A stretch of DNA of 64,000 bases from Vitreimonas sp. (GCA_035627515.1 DASPLQ010000012.1:567558-631557), one strand, 5' to 3'. Counted from the first letter of the stretch, positions 9,629-19,364 are shown. The notes: a model not told the origin generated them from the sequence alone. Program-made: numbers and translations.

Positions 9629-9670
9629 TGTCTGTTTATCGTAGTAACTAGCGTTAGAATAAAGGAAATT

Positions 9671-10690
9671 ATGAATCAAAACCAAAAACGAATTTTATCC
9701 GGTATCACCCCCAGCGGTAGTGCGCTGCACATTGGGAATTATTTTGGGGCTGTGAAACCACAGATTGAGCTGCAAGATACGGCTGAAACCTATTACTTTG
9801 TGGCTGATTTGCATGCCTTAACTACTGTCCAGGAACAGGGCGTTTTAGAGAAAAATATTGAAGGAGTGGTGTTAGATTATTTAGCACTGGGGTTGGATCC
9901 GGAAAAATGTGTTTTTTTCCGTCAGTCTGATGTTCCCGCCCACAGCCAGTTGGCAGTAGTGTTAGGTAACTATATTACGTATGGTCAGATGCAACGCATG
10001 CATGCATTCAAGGATAAACTTCAAAAAGGTGCCAACGAAGAAAGTATTAACATGGGCCTCTTTAATTATCCGATTTTGATGGCTGCCGATATTTTGTTGT
10101 ACCGACCGTATGGTGTGCCTGTAGGTGAAGACCAACGCCAGCACATCGAATTAACCCGCGACATCGCCGACAACATTAATCGTGCGTATGGTCGTGAAGT
10201 TTTTCCGTTGCCCGAACCTTTGATTTCTAAAGAAGTGGGCAAAATTATTGGTACTGATGGTGAGCGTAAGATGAGCAAGTCACTGAGTAATATTATTGGT
10301 ATCTTTGATGACGAGGCCACGATCAAAAAACAAATCATGAGTTCATATACTGATCCTAATCGTAAAAAAGCCACCGACCCTGGCAAAGTGGAAGGTAATC
10401 CCATCTTCGTATATCACGATTTGTTGAATGATAATGTGGAAGAAGTCCAAGATCTCAAAGCTCGGTATCGGGCGGGGCAAGTCGGCGACGTAGAAGTCAA
10501 AGAAAAATTACTGGCTGCACATTTACGAATGTTTGGTGCGGCTCGGCAGCGTCGTGCGGAGCTAGCTGCCCAGCCAGAAAAGGTGAAACAAATCTTAGCC
10601 GATGGTGCTCGTCGCGCGCAGGAGTTTGCTAATCAAACCATGCGTGATGTGTACGAGTTAATAGGGATTAAAAATAAATTGAATTCGTAA
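9671..10690 (+). CDS. trpS: tryptophan--tRNA ligase
   Basis: Class I aaRS: HIGH-like region (SGSALHIGNYFGA) and KMSKS motif (KMSKSLSN); AAAGGAAATT RBS before ATG 9671. Confidence 0.9.
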   Translation: MNQNQKRILSGITPSGSALHIGNYFGAVKPQIELQDTAETYYFVADLHALTTVQEQGVLEKNIEGVVLDYLALGLDPEKCVFFRQSDVPAHSQLAVVLGNYITYGQMQRMHAFKDKLQKGANEESINMGLFNYPILMAADILLYRPYGVPVGEDQRQHIELTRDIADNINRAYGREVFPLPEPLISKEVGKIIGTDGERKMSKSLSNIIGIFDDEATIKKQIMSSYTDPNRKKATDPGKVEGNPIFVYHDLLNDNVEEVQDLKARYRAGQVGDVEVKEKLLAAHLRMFGAARQRRAELAAQPEKVKQILADGARRAQEFANQTMRDVYELIGIKNKLNS

Positions 10691-10702
10691 TCAAGACAAT
10701 TT

Positions 10703-11455
10703 TTATTCTTTTACTTGTTCACCAATTCCATTCCATAACTGTTCAAAAACACTTTTTTCAAAAGTCGCAATTTGAGGGTGATCGATGATGGTGCCATTAA
10801 GAGCGTCGTACGCGACGAAGGCAACTTTGTTGCCAAAGATAAGTTTATCTAAATGATGATTAGAAGGTTGTTGCTGACTGACGAGAATCTGGTGCGTGTC
10901 ACTGTAAAACCGTTCAATATATTCTAAGTGATCAACATCCGGAGTCACAATTTCGCGCATAGTGATATTCAGATTAGTTACCTCTGCCATGTATTTGTCA
11001 TAAATATATTCTTTGAGTGGAGGATGTAACGGTTGTTCATACCCTGAACACATCACTAAGATCTCATCAGCTCGTAAACTTTCTTCTAAAATGGCTTTAA
11101 TTCCTTGCCAGCCTTCAAAAAATCTGACAACGGGTTTGTGGGGTGATTGGTTATATAAAGCCATCAGCTCGGGTAATTGGTTAGAGGTGGTTTCTGCCAT
11201 TGTTTGCAGCTCAGCCACTTTTTCTTCAATCAACATATATAACTTGTGGGGATCATTGGCAGTGAGATAGGTTTTTTTACCGATGACTGTTTCGGAAACG
11301 AGTCCTAGAATTTTAAGTTGATTGAGCAGTAGATAGCAGGTAGTGCGGGGTAAGCGGGTTTTATCGGCCACATGCTGGACAGTGTCAGTCCCGAGCTCGA
11401 GGAGAGTTTTATAAACAAGGGTTTGTTCAGGAGTTAACGTTGATATTTTTGTCAT
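10703..11455 (-). CDS. TrmB-family transcriptional regulator
   Basis: N-terminal wHTH (LTPEQTLVYKTLLELGTDTVQHVADKTRLPRTTCYLLLNQLKILGLV) followed by a TrmB-like C-terminal domain. Confidence 0.5.
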   Translation of the reverse strand: MTKISTLTPEQTLVYKTLLELGTDTVQHVADKTRLPRTTCYLLLNQLKILGLVSETVIGKKTYLTANDPHKLYMLIEEKVAELQTMAETTSNQLPELMALYNQSPHKPVVRFFEGWQGIKAILEESLRADEILVMCSGYEQPLHPPLKEYIYDKYMAEVTNLNITMREIVTPDVDHLEYIERFYSDTHQILVSQQQPSNHHLDKLIFGNKVAFVAYDALNGTIIDHPQIATFEKSVFEQLWNGIGEQVKE

Positions 11456-11514
11456 AAAATGTGATAATAACTGTAATATAAGGCTAAAAAAATGTCAATG
11501 ATTGTGACAAATTT

Positions 11515-12021
11515 ATGAAAATAATCTTATACATGGCCACGAGTATTGATGGTTTAATCGCTACAGAGGACAGTAACTCTGATTGGGTCTCTCCCAGTGA
11601 CGTGCCCATTTTCACCGATAAAATTAATACTGCCGGCTGTGTGATCATGGGCAAGCGCACCTATGACCACTACTATGGCGAAATGTTTCCGATGGCAAAC
11701 GTACTTAATGTTGTCATCTCTCAAACTCCACACACGTCCGAACACGAAAACGTCATCTACCTCACAGACTATACTCAGATCAAACCTCAGCTCAGTGAGC
11801 GAGGTTTACAAGAAGCCATTTTAATTGGTGGTGGTGTGACTAATGGCTTATTTATAAATGCCGGCTTAATTGACGAAATCTTTTTAAGTGTTCACCCCTT
11901 AGTATTGGGGAAGGGCATTCGTTTGTTTGAGAATTATGCTCAGCAACTACCGCTTAAATTCTTAGCAGCTGTTCCTAAAGAGAGTGATTTAGTGCAGCTC
12001 CACTATCAAGTTCAGCATTAA
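11515..12021 (+). CDS. dihydrofolate reductase family protein (RibD C-terminal domain-like)
   Basis: MKIILYMATSIDGLIA...IMGKRTYD pattern of the RibD_C/DHFR-like family. Confidence 0.6.
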   Translation: MKIILYMATSIDGLIATEDSNSDWVSPSDVPIFTDKINTAGCVIMGKRTYDHYYGEMFPMANVLNVVISQTPHTSEHENVIYLTDYTQIKPQLSERGLQEAILIGGGVTNGLFINAGLIDEIFLSVHPLVLGKGIRLFENYAQQLPLKFLAAVPKESDLVQLHYQVQH

Positions 12022-12086
12022 GTCTTACTTAACTCTTACAAATTAAGGGGTGTAAGCAGTGGCATTCGTGTTAAAATAAACCCGCT

Positions 12087-14012
12087 ATGGCCATTAAAAA
12101 AGATCAACCCACCTCCGATAACACCCCTAAAAATAAATCTTCCCGTCCTTTTTGGGAGACGCCTTTTAATCTTAATACCTTCATGAACAAAGGTTTGTTA
12201 TATGTCTTAATCGGCTTATTGTTTTTGCCCTTCCTCTACAGTTTGTACGGTGGTAATCGTACTAATCAGATTACCCTGAGTCAGCTAGTTCGTGATGTGC
12301 GTGAGAATAAAGTAGAGCGCATTGAAGTGGCCGGTTCACAACTACAAGTTTTTTACAAAGACCAAACTAAAAAGATTTCTCGCAAAGAAGATGGTCAAGA
12401 AGTATTGAATGTTCTGCGTAGTTCTAATATTGATCTAGGCAGTGTTGATTTGAAAGTGCGAAATTTGACCCTCTCAGAGATGGCGTGGCAGTTAGCCTTA
12501 AACATCTTGCCGGTAGCCTTAATGGTAGGTTTGTTCTTAGTTTTCTTGCGTCAAATGCGCGGCACTCAAGACGGATTAATGGGAATAGGTCGGAGTAAAG
12601 CTCGAGTGTTTGTCAAAGGCAAACAAGATGTTAAGTTCAAAGATGTGGGTGGTATGAATGAAGCCAAACAAGAGCTGGAAGAGATTGTCGATTTCTTAAA
12701 GAATCCAAAGAAATACACTAAAGTTGGAGCGCGGACACCGAAGGGCGTATTGTTAGTTGGTCCAGCAGGAACTGGTAAAACGCTCTTAGCCCGGGCTGTG
12801 GCCGGTGAAGCCAATGTGCAGTTTCTCTCTATTGCCGGTTCGGAATTTATGGAAATGTTAGTGGGTGTGGGTGCATCGCGGGTGAGAGATTTGTTCTCGA
12901 CTGCCAAAAAATTAGCACCCTCGATTATTTTTATTGATGAAATTGATGCTATTGGCCGAATGCGCGGTCATGGCAGCATGGGTGGGCACGATGAGCGTGA
13001 ACAAACGCTAAACCAAATCTTAGTGGAGATGGATGGTTTTACTCAAAACGATAATGTGATTGTGATGGCGGCCACTAATCGTGGTGACATGCTTGATCCC
13101 GCCTTAGTACGTCCTGGTCGGTTTGATCGACGGGTGACGGTTAGTTTGCCTGATTTGGAAGAGCGGAAGTATATCTTGAGCATTCATGCGCTTAATAAAC
13201 CTTTTACTGCGGATGTGAACTGGGAACGTGTGGCCAAACGTACAGTCGGTTTCTCAGGTGCAGATTTGGAAAATATGTTGAACGAAGCTGCTATTGCCGT
13301 AGCTCGAGAAAATCGTGATCATATCAACATGCTTGATATCGAAGAAGCGTCTTTGAAAGTGAAGTTGGGCCCTAGTAAAAAGCGCTTACAAGATGAACTA
13401 GAGCGGAAAATGACTGCGTATCATGAAGCTGGTCACGCGATTATTGCTCACGTCTCACCACAAGCTGATCCTGTCCATCGCATCTCGATTGTGTCTCGTG
13501 GCCAGGCCTTAGGTTTTACATTGACACCACCTGAACGCGATAAAGTCCAAACTACTAAATCTGAATTATTAGATGAGATCGCAGTCTTGCTAGGTGGGCG
13601 CGCGGCCGAGCAACTCATTTTTAATGAATTGACTGCCGGAGCCAGCTCTGACATTGATAAAGCCACCCGGATAGCGCGCGCCATGGTGATTGATTACGGT
13701 ATGAGTAAGTTAGGCCCGATGAACTTTGGTCCTCAATATGAAAACTCGAGTTACAGTCGCTCCTGGGGTGAACCGATGACGATTTCTGATCGCTTACAAG
13801 AACAAGTCGACTTCGAAGTGACAGCTTTCATTGCTGAAGGTGAGAAGCGAGCCATGACCTATCTGAAAAAACACATCAAACAGTTACATGGGGTTTCTGA
13901 ACGGTTATTAGAAGTGGAAACAGTGGATACGGATGAGTTCACCCAATTGATGGGTATTCCTAAAGCCAAGCTTGGCGATGTCCCTCTGAAGAACAAGCCC
14001 ACAAAAGCTTAA
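12087..14012 (+). CDS. ftsH: ATP-dependent zinc metalloprotease FtsH
   Basis: Two N-terminal TM segments; AAA+ Walker A GPAGTGKT; Zn-binding HEAGHA motif. Confidence 0.9.
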   Translation: MAIKKDQPTSDNTPKNKSSRPFWETPFNLNTFMNKGLLYVLIGLLFLPFLYSLYGGNRTNQITLSQLVRDVRENKVERIEVAGSQLQVFYKDQTKKISRKEDGQEVLNVLRSSNIDLGSVDLKVRNLTLSEMAWQLALNILPVALMVGLFLVFLRQMRGTQDGLMGIGRSKARVFVKGKQDVKFKDVGGMNEAKQELEEIVDFLKNPKKYTKVGARTPKGVLLVGPAGTGKTLLARAVAGEANVQFLSIAGSEFMEMLVGVGASRVRDLFSTAKKLAPSIIFIDEIDAIGRMRGHGSMGGHDEREQTLNQILVEMDGFTQNDNVIVMAATNRGDMLDPALVRPGRFDRRVTVSLPDLEERKYILSIHALNKPFTADVNWERVAKRTVGFSGADLENMLNEAAIAVARENRDHINMLDIEEASLKVKLGPSKKRLQDELERKMTAYHEAGHAIIAHVSPQADPVHRISIVSRGQALGFTLTPPERDKVQTTKSELLDEIAVLLGGRAAEQLIFNELTAGASSDIDKATRIARAMVIDYGMSKLGPMNFGPQYENSSYSRSWGEPMTISDRLQEQVDFEVTAFIAEGEKRAMTYLKKHIKQLHGVSERLLEVETVDTDEFTQLMGIPKAKLGDVPLKNKPTKA

Positions 14013-14031
14013 AGAGTGATAGACTGTCAAC

Positions 14032-14997
14032 ATGTCGCAACGCCCTTACTTTCTAATTGTTGATGGTCATGCTTTAATTTACCGTGCTTATCACGCTTTT
14101 CCGGGCTTAAGTACTCCCAGTGGCATGTTGGTCAACGCTGTCTATGGCTTTACGCGAATCTTGTTAGTGGCGATCCGTGACTTTCAACCTAAATATTTGG
14201 TAGTTACTTTTGATCATCCGCAGCCGACGTTTCGGCATACTGATTTTGTTGATTACAAAGCTAACCGGGTGGAGATGCCCGACGATTTAAAACCCCAGAT
14301 TGCGGTGGTCAAAGAGGTGGTGACCGCACTCAATATTCCTCAGTTGGAAGTGCCAGGTTATGAAGCTGATGATTTAATTGGTACTACGGCTGAGCATCTC
14401 AATATACTCCGAGCAGGCACTGATGACGGGGAACTGTGTGAGTTGCAAACCATCATTGTCACAGGTGATCGAGATGCTTTTCAATTAGTGAATGAGTATA
14501 CCCACGTGTGGATGCCGGGCCGAGGCAAAGGAAACACTGATACTGAGTACGACCGGGATGGTGTCAAAACCAAGATGGGAGTGTATCCTGAGCAGATTGT
14601 GGATCTGAAAGCGTTGATGGGGGATGCTTCTGATAACATTCCCGGGGTAGCAGGGGTGGGTGAAAAAACAGCGGTCAAGCTGATGCAAGCATTTGGAACT
14701 TTAGAAAAATTGTACCAGCGGGTGGATGAGTTGATAGCGACTGGGGAGAGTGACGAGATCATCAGAGGGTCACTGCTAGAAAAACTGAAAGCCGGGCGCG
14801 AGTCAGCCATCATGAGTCAAAGGTTAGCTATGATCAATCGTGAAGCGCCTGTGCAGGTAGAGCTGGAAGCCTGTCAGGTGCATAGTTATAACAAGGCTCA
14901 GGCCACTGAGTTACTAGAAAAACTGGAATTTAAAACGTTATTACCGTTATTGCCCGCCGATGAGTTTGAGTTGGGAATTCAAAATGCACTTTTTTAA
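14032..14997 (+). CDS. 5'-3' exonuclease (stand-alone Pol I N-terminal/FEN-like domain)
   Basis: N-terminal LIVDGHALIYRAYHAF motif and acidic clusters of the 53EXO family. Confidence 0.85.
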   Translation: MSQRPYFLIVDGHALIYRAYHAFPGLSTPSGMLVNAVYGFTRILLVAIRDFQPKYLVVTFDHPQPTFRHTDFVDYKANRVEMPDDLKPQIAVVKEVVTALNIPQLEVPGYEADDLIGTTAEHLNILRAGTDDGELCELQTIIVTGDRDAFQLVNEYTHVWMPGRGKGNTDTEYDRDGVKTKMGVYPEQIVDLKALMGDASDNIPGVAGVGEKTAVKLMQAFGTLEKLYQRVDELIATGESDEIIRGSLLEKLKAGRESAIMSQRLAMINREAPVQVELEACQVHSYNKAQATELLEKLEFKTLLPLLPADEFELGIQNALF

Positions 14998-15006
14998 GGG
15001 GATCTC

Positions 15007-16119
15007 ATGAAAAAATTAAAAGTGGCTTTGGCTCACGATTACTTGATTGATTACGGTGGAGCTGAGCGAGTTTTAGAAGCTCTGCATGAAGTTTTCCCGG
15101 AGGCTCCGGTGTATATTGCTTTCAAAAATGAAGACAGTTTGGGTATTCATTGGCGGCGCTTTAAAGACTGGGATTTACGCGAAAGTTGGATTACGAGGTT
15201 ACCGTTTTATAAACGTTTATTTTCACCGCTTCGAATTTGGGCCCATCGCTATTTTGCGAGCTTTGATTTATCTGAATATGACGTGGTGATTTCCTCCTCC
15301 AATGCGTACATGGCCAAAGCCGTGGAGGTGCCCAATGGAGTTCATATTTGTTATTGTCATACGCCGCCACGCTCGCTCTATGGCTATAGCACCATGAGCA
15401 ATTGGCGGAGTAACCCAGTTTTTCGCGTGGTGGGGAGTTTGATTAACCATTATGTGCGGGTGATCGACGTTAAAGTGGCACAACAAGTTGATTATTTTAT
15501 TGCTAACTCTGAAGAAATTGCGCAGCGGATTCAAAAATTTTACCGACGAGATTCTGAAATTATTTATCCGCCTGTCAATATCTCTGCTCAACCACCCTCA
15601 AAAAAGCAAGAGGGTGAGTATTACCTATACGTTAATCGTTTGGCTTTAGCTAAGCATCCCGAGCTGGCAGTTCAGGCTGCAACCGAGTTGCAGTTGCCAC
15701 TAAAAGTAGTTGGGACTGGGGTGATGTTGGATAAGTTGCGTGAGTTGGCTGGTCCTACAGTCGAATTTTTGGGAGCAGTGGATGATGAAAAACTGCATGA
15801 GCTATATGCAGGCGCCAAAGCCCTGCTGTATCCAGTAGAAGATGAGGATTTTGGCATTGTGCCGGTAGAGGCGATGGGTCATGGAGTGCCGGTGATTGCT
15901 CATCGCTCGGGTGGTCCCCGCGAAACTATTCAAGATGGAGTCAGTGGCGTGTTTTTCGATGAGTTGAGTGTAGAGGGGTTGAAGGCTGCCATTAAAGTGG
16001 CGGATAAAAAGAAATTCGATGCTGTTAAGATTTACCAATTAAGTAAACGTTTTTCCAAAGCCGAGTTCCAAAAAAAGATTGTTAAGTTTGTGGAGCGGTG
16101 TGTGAAAGAGCGCGGGTAA
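15007..16119 (+). CDS. glycosyltransferase family 4
   Basis: GT-B fold with EX7E motif region EDEDFGIVPVEAMGHGVPVIA. Confidence 0.8.
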   Translation: MKKLKVALAHDYLIDYGGAERVLEALHEVFPEAPVYIAFKNEDSLGIHWRRFKDWDLRESWITRLPFYKRLFSPLRIWAHRYFASFDLSEYDVVISSSNAYMAKAVEVPNGVHICYCHTPPRSLYGYSTMSNWRSNPVFRVVGSLINHYVRVIDVKVAQQVDYFIANSEEIAQRIQKFYRRDSEIIYPPVNISAQPPSKKQEGEYYLYVNRLALAKHPELAVQAATELQLPLKVVGTGVMLDKLRELAGPTVEFLGAVDDEKLHELYAGAKALLYPVEDEDFGIVPVEAMGHGVPVIAHRSGGPRETIQDGVSGVFFDELSVEGLKAAIKVADKKKFDAVKIYQLSKRFSKAEFQKKIVKFVERCVKERG

Positions 16120-16135
16120 GTTTTTGACTTGTAGG

Positions 16136-16240
16136 TTGGCTGAGGTATGTCTCTGAACACTCTTAAAAGTCCGTGGCATAAATATGGCATTTTTGTGTAC
16201 TAAATATGCCACTCTGAAAATGAGTGTGCTGAAGACAGGT
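16136..16240. repeat. intergenic repeat family, copy 1 (5' module only)
   Basis: GGCTGAGGTATGTCTCTGAACACTCTTAAAAGTCCGTGGCATA ... TATGCCAC, with GTGGCATA/TATGCCAC inverted arms; homologous to copies at 21377, 47784 and (downstream module) 29058. Confidence 0.7.
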
Positions 16241-16361
16241 GCCAACGGTGAGGAGGAAGGAAAAAGTAACGGTGCCTCTTTTGTGCCTCATGAGTATTTT
16301 TCTTAAAGGTGATGATAAGAGCTCTTAACTGTGAGACACATTTCTTAATGACACAACGAGG

Positions 16362-18011
16362 CTACTCTCCAACCCGTCTCACCGGCCCATCTAATGGTAA
16401 ACCTTCATTGGCGGTTGGTGTCACTCCAGTCGGTGCAGTTACCGTTTCTGGCGGCAGTAAGTTTTCTGCTTGCAACTCGATAAAAGCCACGCTATTCACC
16501 GGCATGTTAACAAAGGTCTGCAACACAGCCGCAGTGGTAGCGACTTGCTCTGTCTGGCGGCGGCCGCCTAAAAATTCTTTGGTGATAGTGTAACTACCGG
16601 GTTGAATATTGGTGAAGGTGACCGGCACATTTTCCACATGGCCACCTTGGGGATCGTAATTAGCCATGATGACTTCAGTATTACCCTGATCGTCGCGGGC
16701 TGAGGCAGCTTTTACCCAACTACCTTTACCCAAGAGTTGCAGCCGTTGCGTCCCAATCCGATCGAGCATTCGCAACGCTTGGTAACGAGGTTTGGGCTTC
16801 GATCCCACACTTTGGTGCGTAAACATCCCCCAGCGACCCCAGTACTCTTTACCATCAGGGGCTTTGCCATCTTGAATTTCAAAAATAAAGGCTTTTTCAA
16901 TAATCCCAATCATCTCAATCGAACCTGCGACCGTGTGAGCCGCGCCCAAATTGGAGTCATAGCCAGCGTGATTGTTACTGTCATGTCCCCACTCAGTAAT
17001 ATGAAGTTCCATCGTAGGCTCTAACTGGGGATAGGCCGACAGCCACGAACGAGCATCGGTCATATCTTCGCGGTATTGATCGAGCTTCATGTTATAGCGA
17101 TGCCAGGAAAAGAAATCTAAGCGTAGATTATTATTAATCGCGTGCTTGGCCAAGGCGTCAAACCAATTTTTATACAAGGCAGTAATGCCCGGTCCACCAA
17201 TTTTGAACGGTTGCACACCTCGGGCGTTGCCCGCCCCTCGGACAGCATATTCATAGAGGGTTAAATAATTCTTGTCTCCATAATATTTCCAGCCTCCAAA
17301 TAAATCAGGTTCGTTCCAGACTTCATAATAGACATTGGGTGTTTTGCGCGTGCCACTGACGTGCTCAATGGTTTTTTGGACCGTTAATTGCCAGTCGGCC
17401 CAGTTTTTAGGTTTCGAGACGATATCGCCCTCAGCAATGGCTGGTGGCATGTATGACAAAGCAATATATGGTGTGGCTCCAGTTGCTTTGATGTCATCTA
17501 GAATTGGGTCCAGTTTCGAAAAATCAAACGTGAGATTTCCAGGACTGCCTTTGACGATTTCATAAAAATCATAAATATGATCGATGCGAATATATTGAGG
17601 GCGGACGGCTTTGACCTGAGGCACAATGGGTTCCATGCGCCAATCAAAACCTTCACCTCCTTGAGCTAAATTCTGCCAAGGTCGCGGCATTGGTCCGATC
17701 ACGGCTTGGGTATCAATCACAATATTAGCCGGTTCACCACTGGCGCGCGAGAAAAACTCCCGGATGACGTTAATTTGAGATACACCTACAAAAATCGCGA
17801 TCGCTAATGCCACCAGGACTAAGCCGCCCATTAAATATTTGCGACGGCGTTGTTGTTGAAAAGCGAGGAGCGTTTTTTGATGATTAGCCATAAAGTCACC
17901 ATCTGTACTAGGTGGTTGTTGTGGCATGCCCGGAACAGTTGGAACTGGTCCTGTGCCAGGTGCAAAACTCTGCGGTAGGCCGGGCAAAGCCGAGTTGGAA
18001 AAGTTTTCCAT
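16362..18011 (-). CDS. membrane-anchored glycoside hydrolase, clan GH-A (GH5/GH39-like)
   Basis: Pro-rich N-terminus, one TM, then a TIM-barrel glycosidase with YYEVWNEPD (acid/base Glu) and ITEWG (nucleophile Glu) motifs. Confidence 0.55.
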   Translation of the reverse strand: MENFSNSALPGLPQSFAPGTGPVPTVPGMPQQPPSTDGDFMANHQKTLLAFQQQRRRKYLMGGLVLVALAIAIFVGVSQINVIREFFSRASGEPANIVIDTQAVIGPMPRPWQNLAQGGEGFDWRMEPIVPQVKAVRPQYIRIDHIYDFYEIVKGSPGNLTFDFSKLDPILDDIKATGATPYIALSYMPPAIAEGDIVSKPKNWADWQLTVQKTIEHVSGTRKTPNVYYEVWNEPDLFGGWKYYGDKNYLTLYEYAVRGAGNARGVQPFKIGGPGITALYKNWFDALAKHAINNNLRLDFFSWHRYNMKLDQYREDMTDARSWLSAYPQLEPTMELHITEWGHDSNNHAGYDSNLGAAHTVAGSIEMIGIIEKAFIFEIQDGKAPDGKEYWGRWGMFTHQSVGSKPKPRYQALRMLDRIGTQRLQLLGKGSWVKAASARDDQGNTEVIMANYDPQGGHVENVPVTFTNIQPGSYTITKEFLGGRRQTEQVATTAAVLQTFVNMPVNSVAFIELQAENLLPPETVTAPTGVTPTANEGLPLDGPVRRVGE

Positions 18012-18068
18012 GTCTTAAGCATACCGGGAGTTTTTACTGAGTTCAATTGCCTGGTTAATGCCCAGCCC

Positions 18069-18103
18069 TTGACAAATTAGCAGTAAGTATCTAAGATTGC
18101 TAA
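18069..18103 (+). promoter_or_regulatory. hrcA promoter (-35 TTGACA 18069-18074) overlapping a CIRCE-like operator TTAGCAGTA-N9-GATTGCTAA (18077-18103)
   Basis: Inverted repeat TTAGCA...TGCTAA with a 9-bp centre matches the CIRCE consensus TTAGCACTC-N9-GAGTGCTAA at 14 of 18 arm positions; sits directly upstream of hrcA-grpE-dnaK. Confidence 0.55.
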
Positions 18104-18123
18104 TATAGGAGTGCAACACACCC

Positions 18124-18849
18124 ATGATTGACCTTACTGCCAGACAAGTTCAGATCTTACGCGCTGTGATCGAGGAGTTTATCGAAACGGCCGAACCAGT
18201 TGGTTCAGATACGCTCGACAAAAAGTTTAGCATCGGGGTCTCACCAGCTACGATTCGTAATGAAATGGTGTACCTGACTAAGCAAGGTTACCTCAATAAA
18301 TCTCACAGCAGTGCCGGCCGCGTGCCGACCCCATTAGCGCTCAGACTGTACGTAAATGAATTGATGAAGGAGAAAGAACTTTCTGTGGCTGATGAAGTTT
18401 CGGCAAAAGAGAAGATGTGGGGCCGCCGCGATGAAGTTGATATTTTGTTGCAGGAAGCTACCCGGGTGCTGGCCGACCGGACACGTTCATTGGGCATTGC
18501 CCTGACCGCTGATCGTCGCGTGTATCACGCTGGCTACGCTAATTTACTGAAGATGCCAGAATTTTATGACATCAATGTGATGCGGAATGTTTTGACACTG
18601 ATTGAAGAAGTGGCACTGGTGGAAGAAATTTTTAATCGTTCAGCCAGCTCCAACCCCGTCCAAGTTATTTATGGTCAAGAATTGGGGAATCGCTACTTAG
18701 AGCCAGTCGGTATGATTTATGTCACGGTCATTGCAGCCGGTCAGCCTTGCCGTTTGGGTGTCGTAGGTTCTACGCGTTTTGATTATCAATATGTGATCCC
18801 GATGATGAAGTATTTCCGGGGCTTGATTGAGGACTTAACCACTCGTTAA
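18124..18849 (+). CDS. hrcA: heat-inducible transcription repressor HrcA (short form)
   Basis: N-terminal wHTH with VGSDTL...VYLTKQGYL; position upstream of grpE-dnaK. Confidence 0.75.
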   Translation: MIDLTARQVQILRAVIEEFIETAEPVGSDTLDKKFSIGVSPATIRNEMVYLTKQGYLNKSHSSAGRVPTPLALRLYVNELMKEKELSVADEVSAKEKMWGRRDEVDILLQEATRVLADRTRSLGIALTADRRVYHAGYANLLKMPEFYDINVMRNVLTLIEEVALVEEIFNRSASSNPVQVIYGQELGNRYLEPVGMIYVTVIAAGQPCRLGVVGSTRFDYQYVIPMMKYFRGLIEDLTTR

Positions 18850-18853
18850 AAAC

Positions 18854-19318
18854 ATGAAAAATCAGCACCACTCTCAACCACCTGAAGAGCAGGCTCAAGA
18901 TGTTGTCACCCAGCAATTAGAAAATTTACAAACTCAGTTGCAACAAGCTCAGGAAAGTGAGAAGCGCATTTTGGCTGATTACCAAAATCTGGTTCGGCGC
19001 CAGCAGGAAGAGCGAGGAAAGTTAGTGAAGATGGCTACTCAAGATTTTGTCGAAAACTTGTTACAGCCACTCGATCACTTAAGCTTAGCTGCTACTCAGT
19101 TGCAAGATAAAGGGTTAAACATGGTGGTGCAACAGTTTTGGCAAACGCTCAATAACTCGGGGCTAACAGAGTTTAACCCAGTCAATGAAACGTTTGATCC
19201 ACAGACTATGGAGGTAGTAGATAAACAAGGTGACGGTGATACTGTCACTCAAGTGATGCAAAAAGGGTACAAATTAAATGGGGAACTTATCCGTGTGGCG
19301 AAAGTCATAGTCGCTTAA
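18854..19318 (+). CDS. grpE: nucleotide exchange factor GrpE
   Basis: Coiled-coil N-terminus (ADYQNLVRRQQEE) and a C-terminal beta domain; synteny with dnaK. Confidence 0.85.
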   Translation: MKNQHHSQPPEEQAQDVVTQQLENLQTQLQQAQESEKRILADYQNLVRRQQEERGKLVKMATQDFVENLLQPLDHLSLAATQLQDKGLNMVVQQFWQTLNNSGLTEFNPVNETFDPQTMEVVDKQGDGDTVTQVMQKGYKLNGELIRVAKVIVA

Positions 19319-19364
19319 GGTACTCAATTACTAAGTTACTTAATTACTTATTCGGAGGCTTTTT

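Noticed and set aside
9480-9670. T-box riboswitch upstream of trpS
   Set aside because: No match to the T-box consensus (AATTAGGGTGGNACCGCG) and no specifier-loop or AG-bulge features were visible. The leader-ORF attenuator model explains the terminator/antiterminator pair better.
9482-9685. 67-aa - strand ORF across the trpS leader
   Set aside because: It overlaps the attenuator and the trpS start, has no RBS, and would be antisense to the regulatory RNA structures.
12566-12907. Antisense ORFs inside ftsH, dnaK (20771-21145), pnp (30068-30484, 31079-31531) and others
   Set aside because: They lie opposite highly conserved housekeeping genes. They are Ser/Pro/Ala-rich translations typical of antisense frames of GC-moderate genes.
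16150-16185. RNase P RNA-like AAAGTCCG motif in repeat module A
   Set aside because: It is present in three copies. Other universally conserved RNase P segments (for example the P4 partner or the ACAGAAA region) are absent. It is most likely a chance 8-mer.
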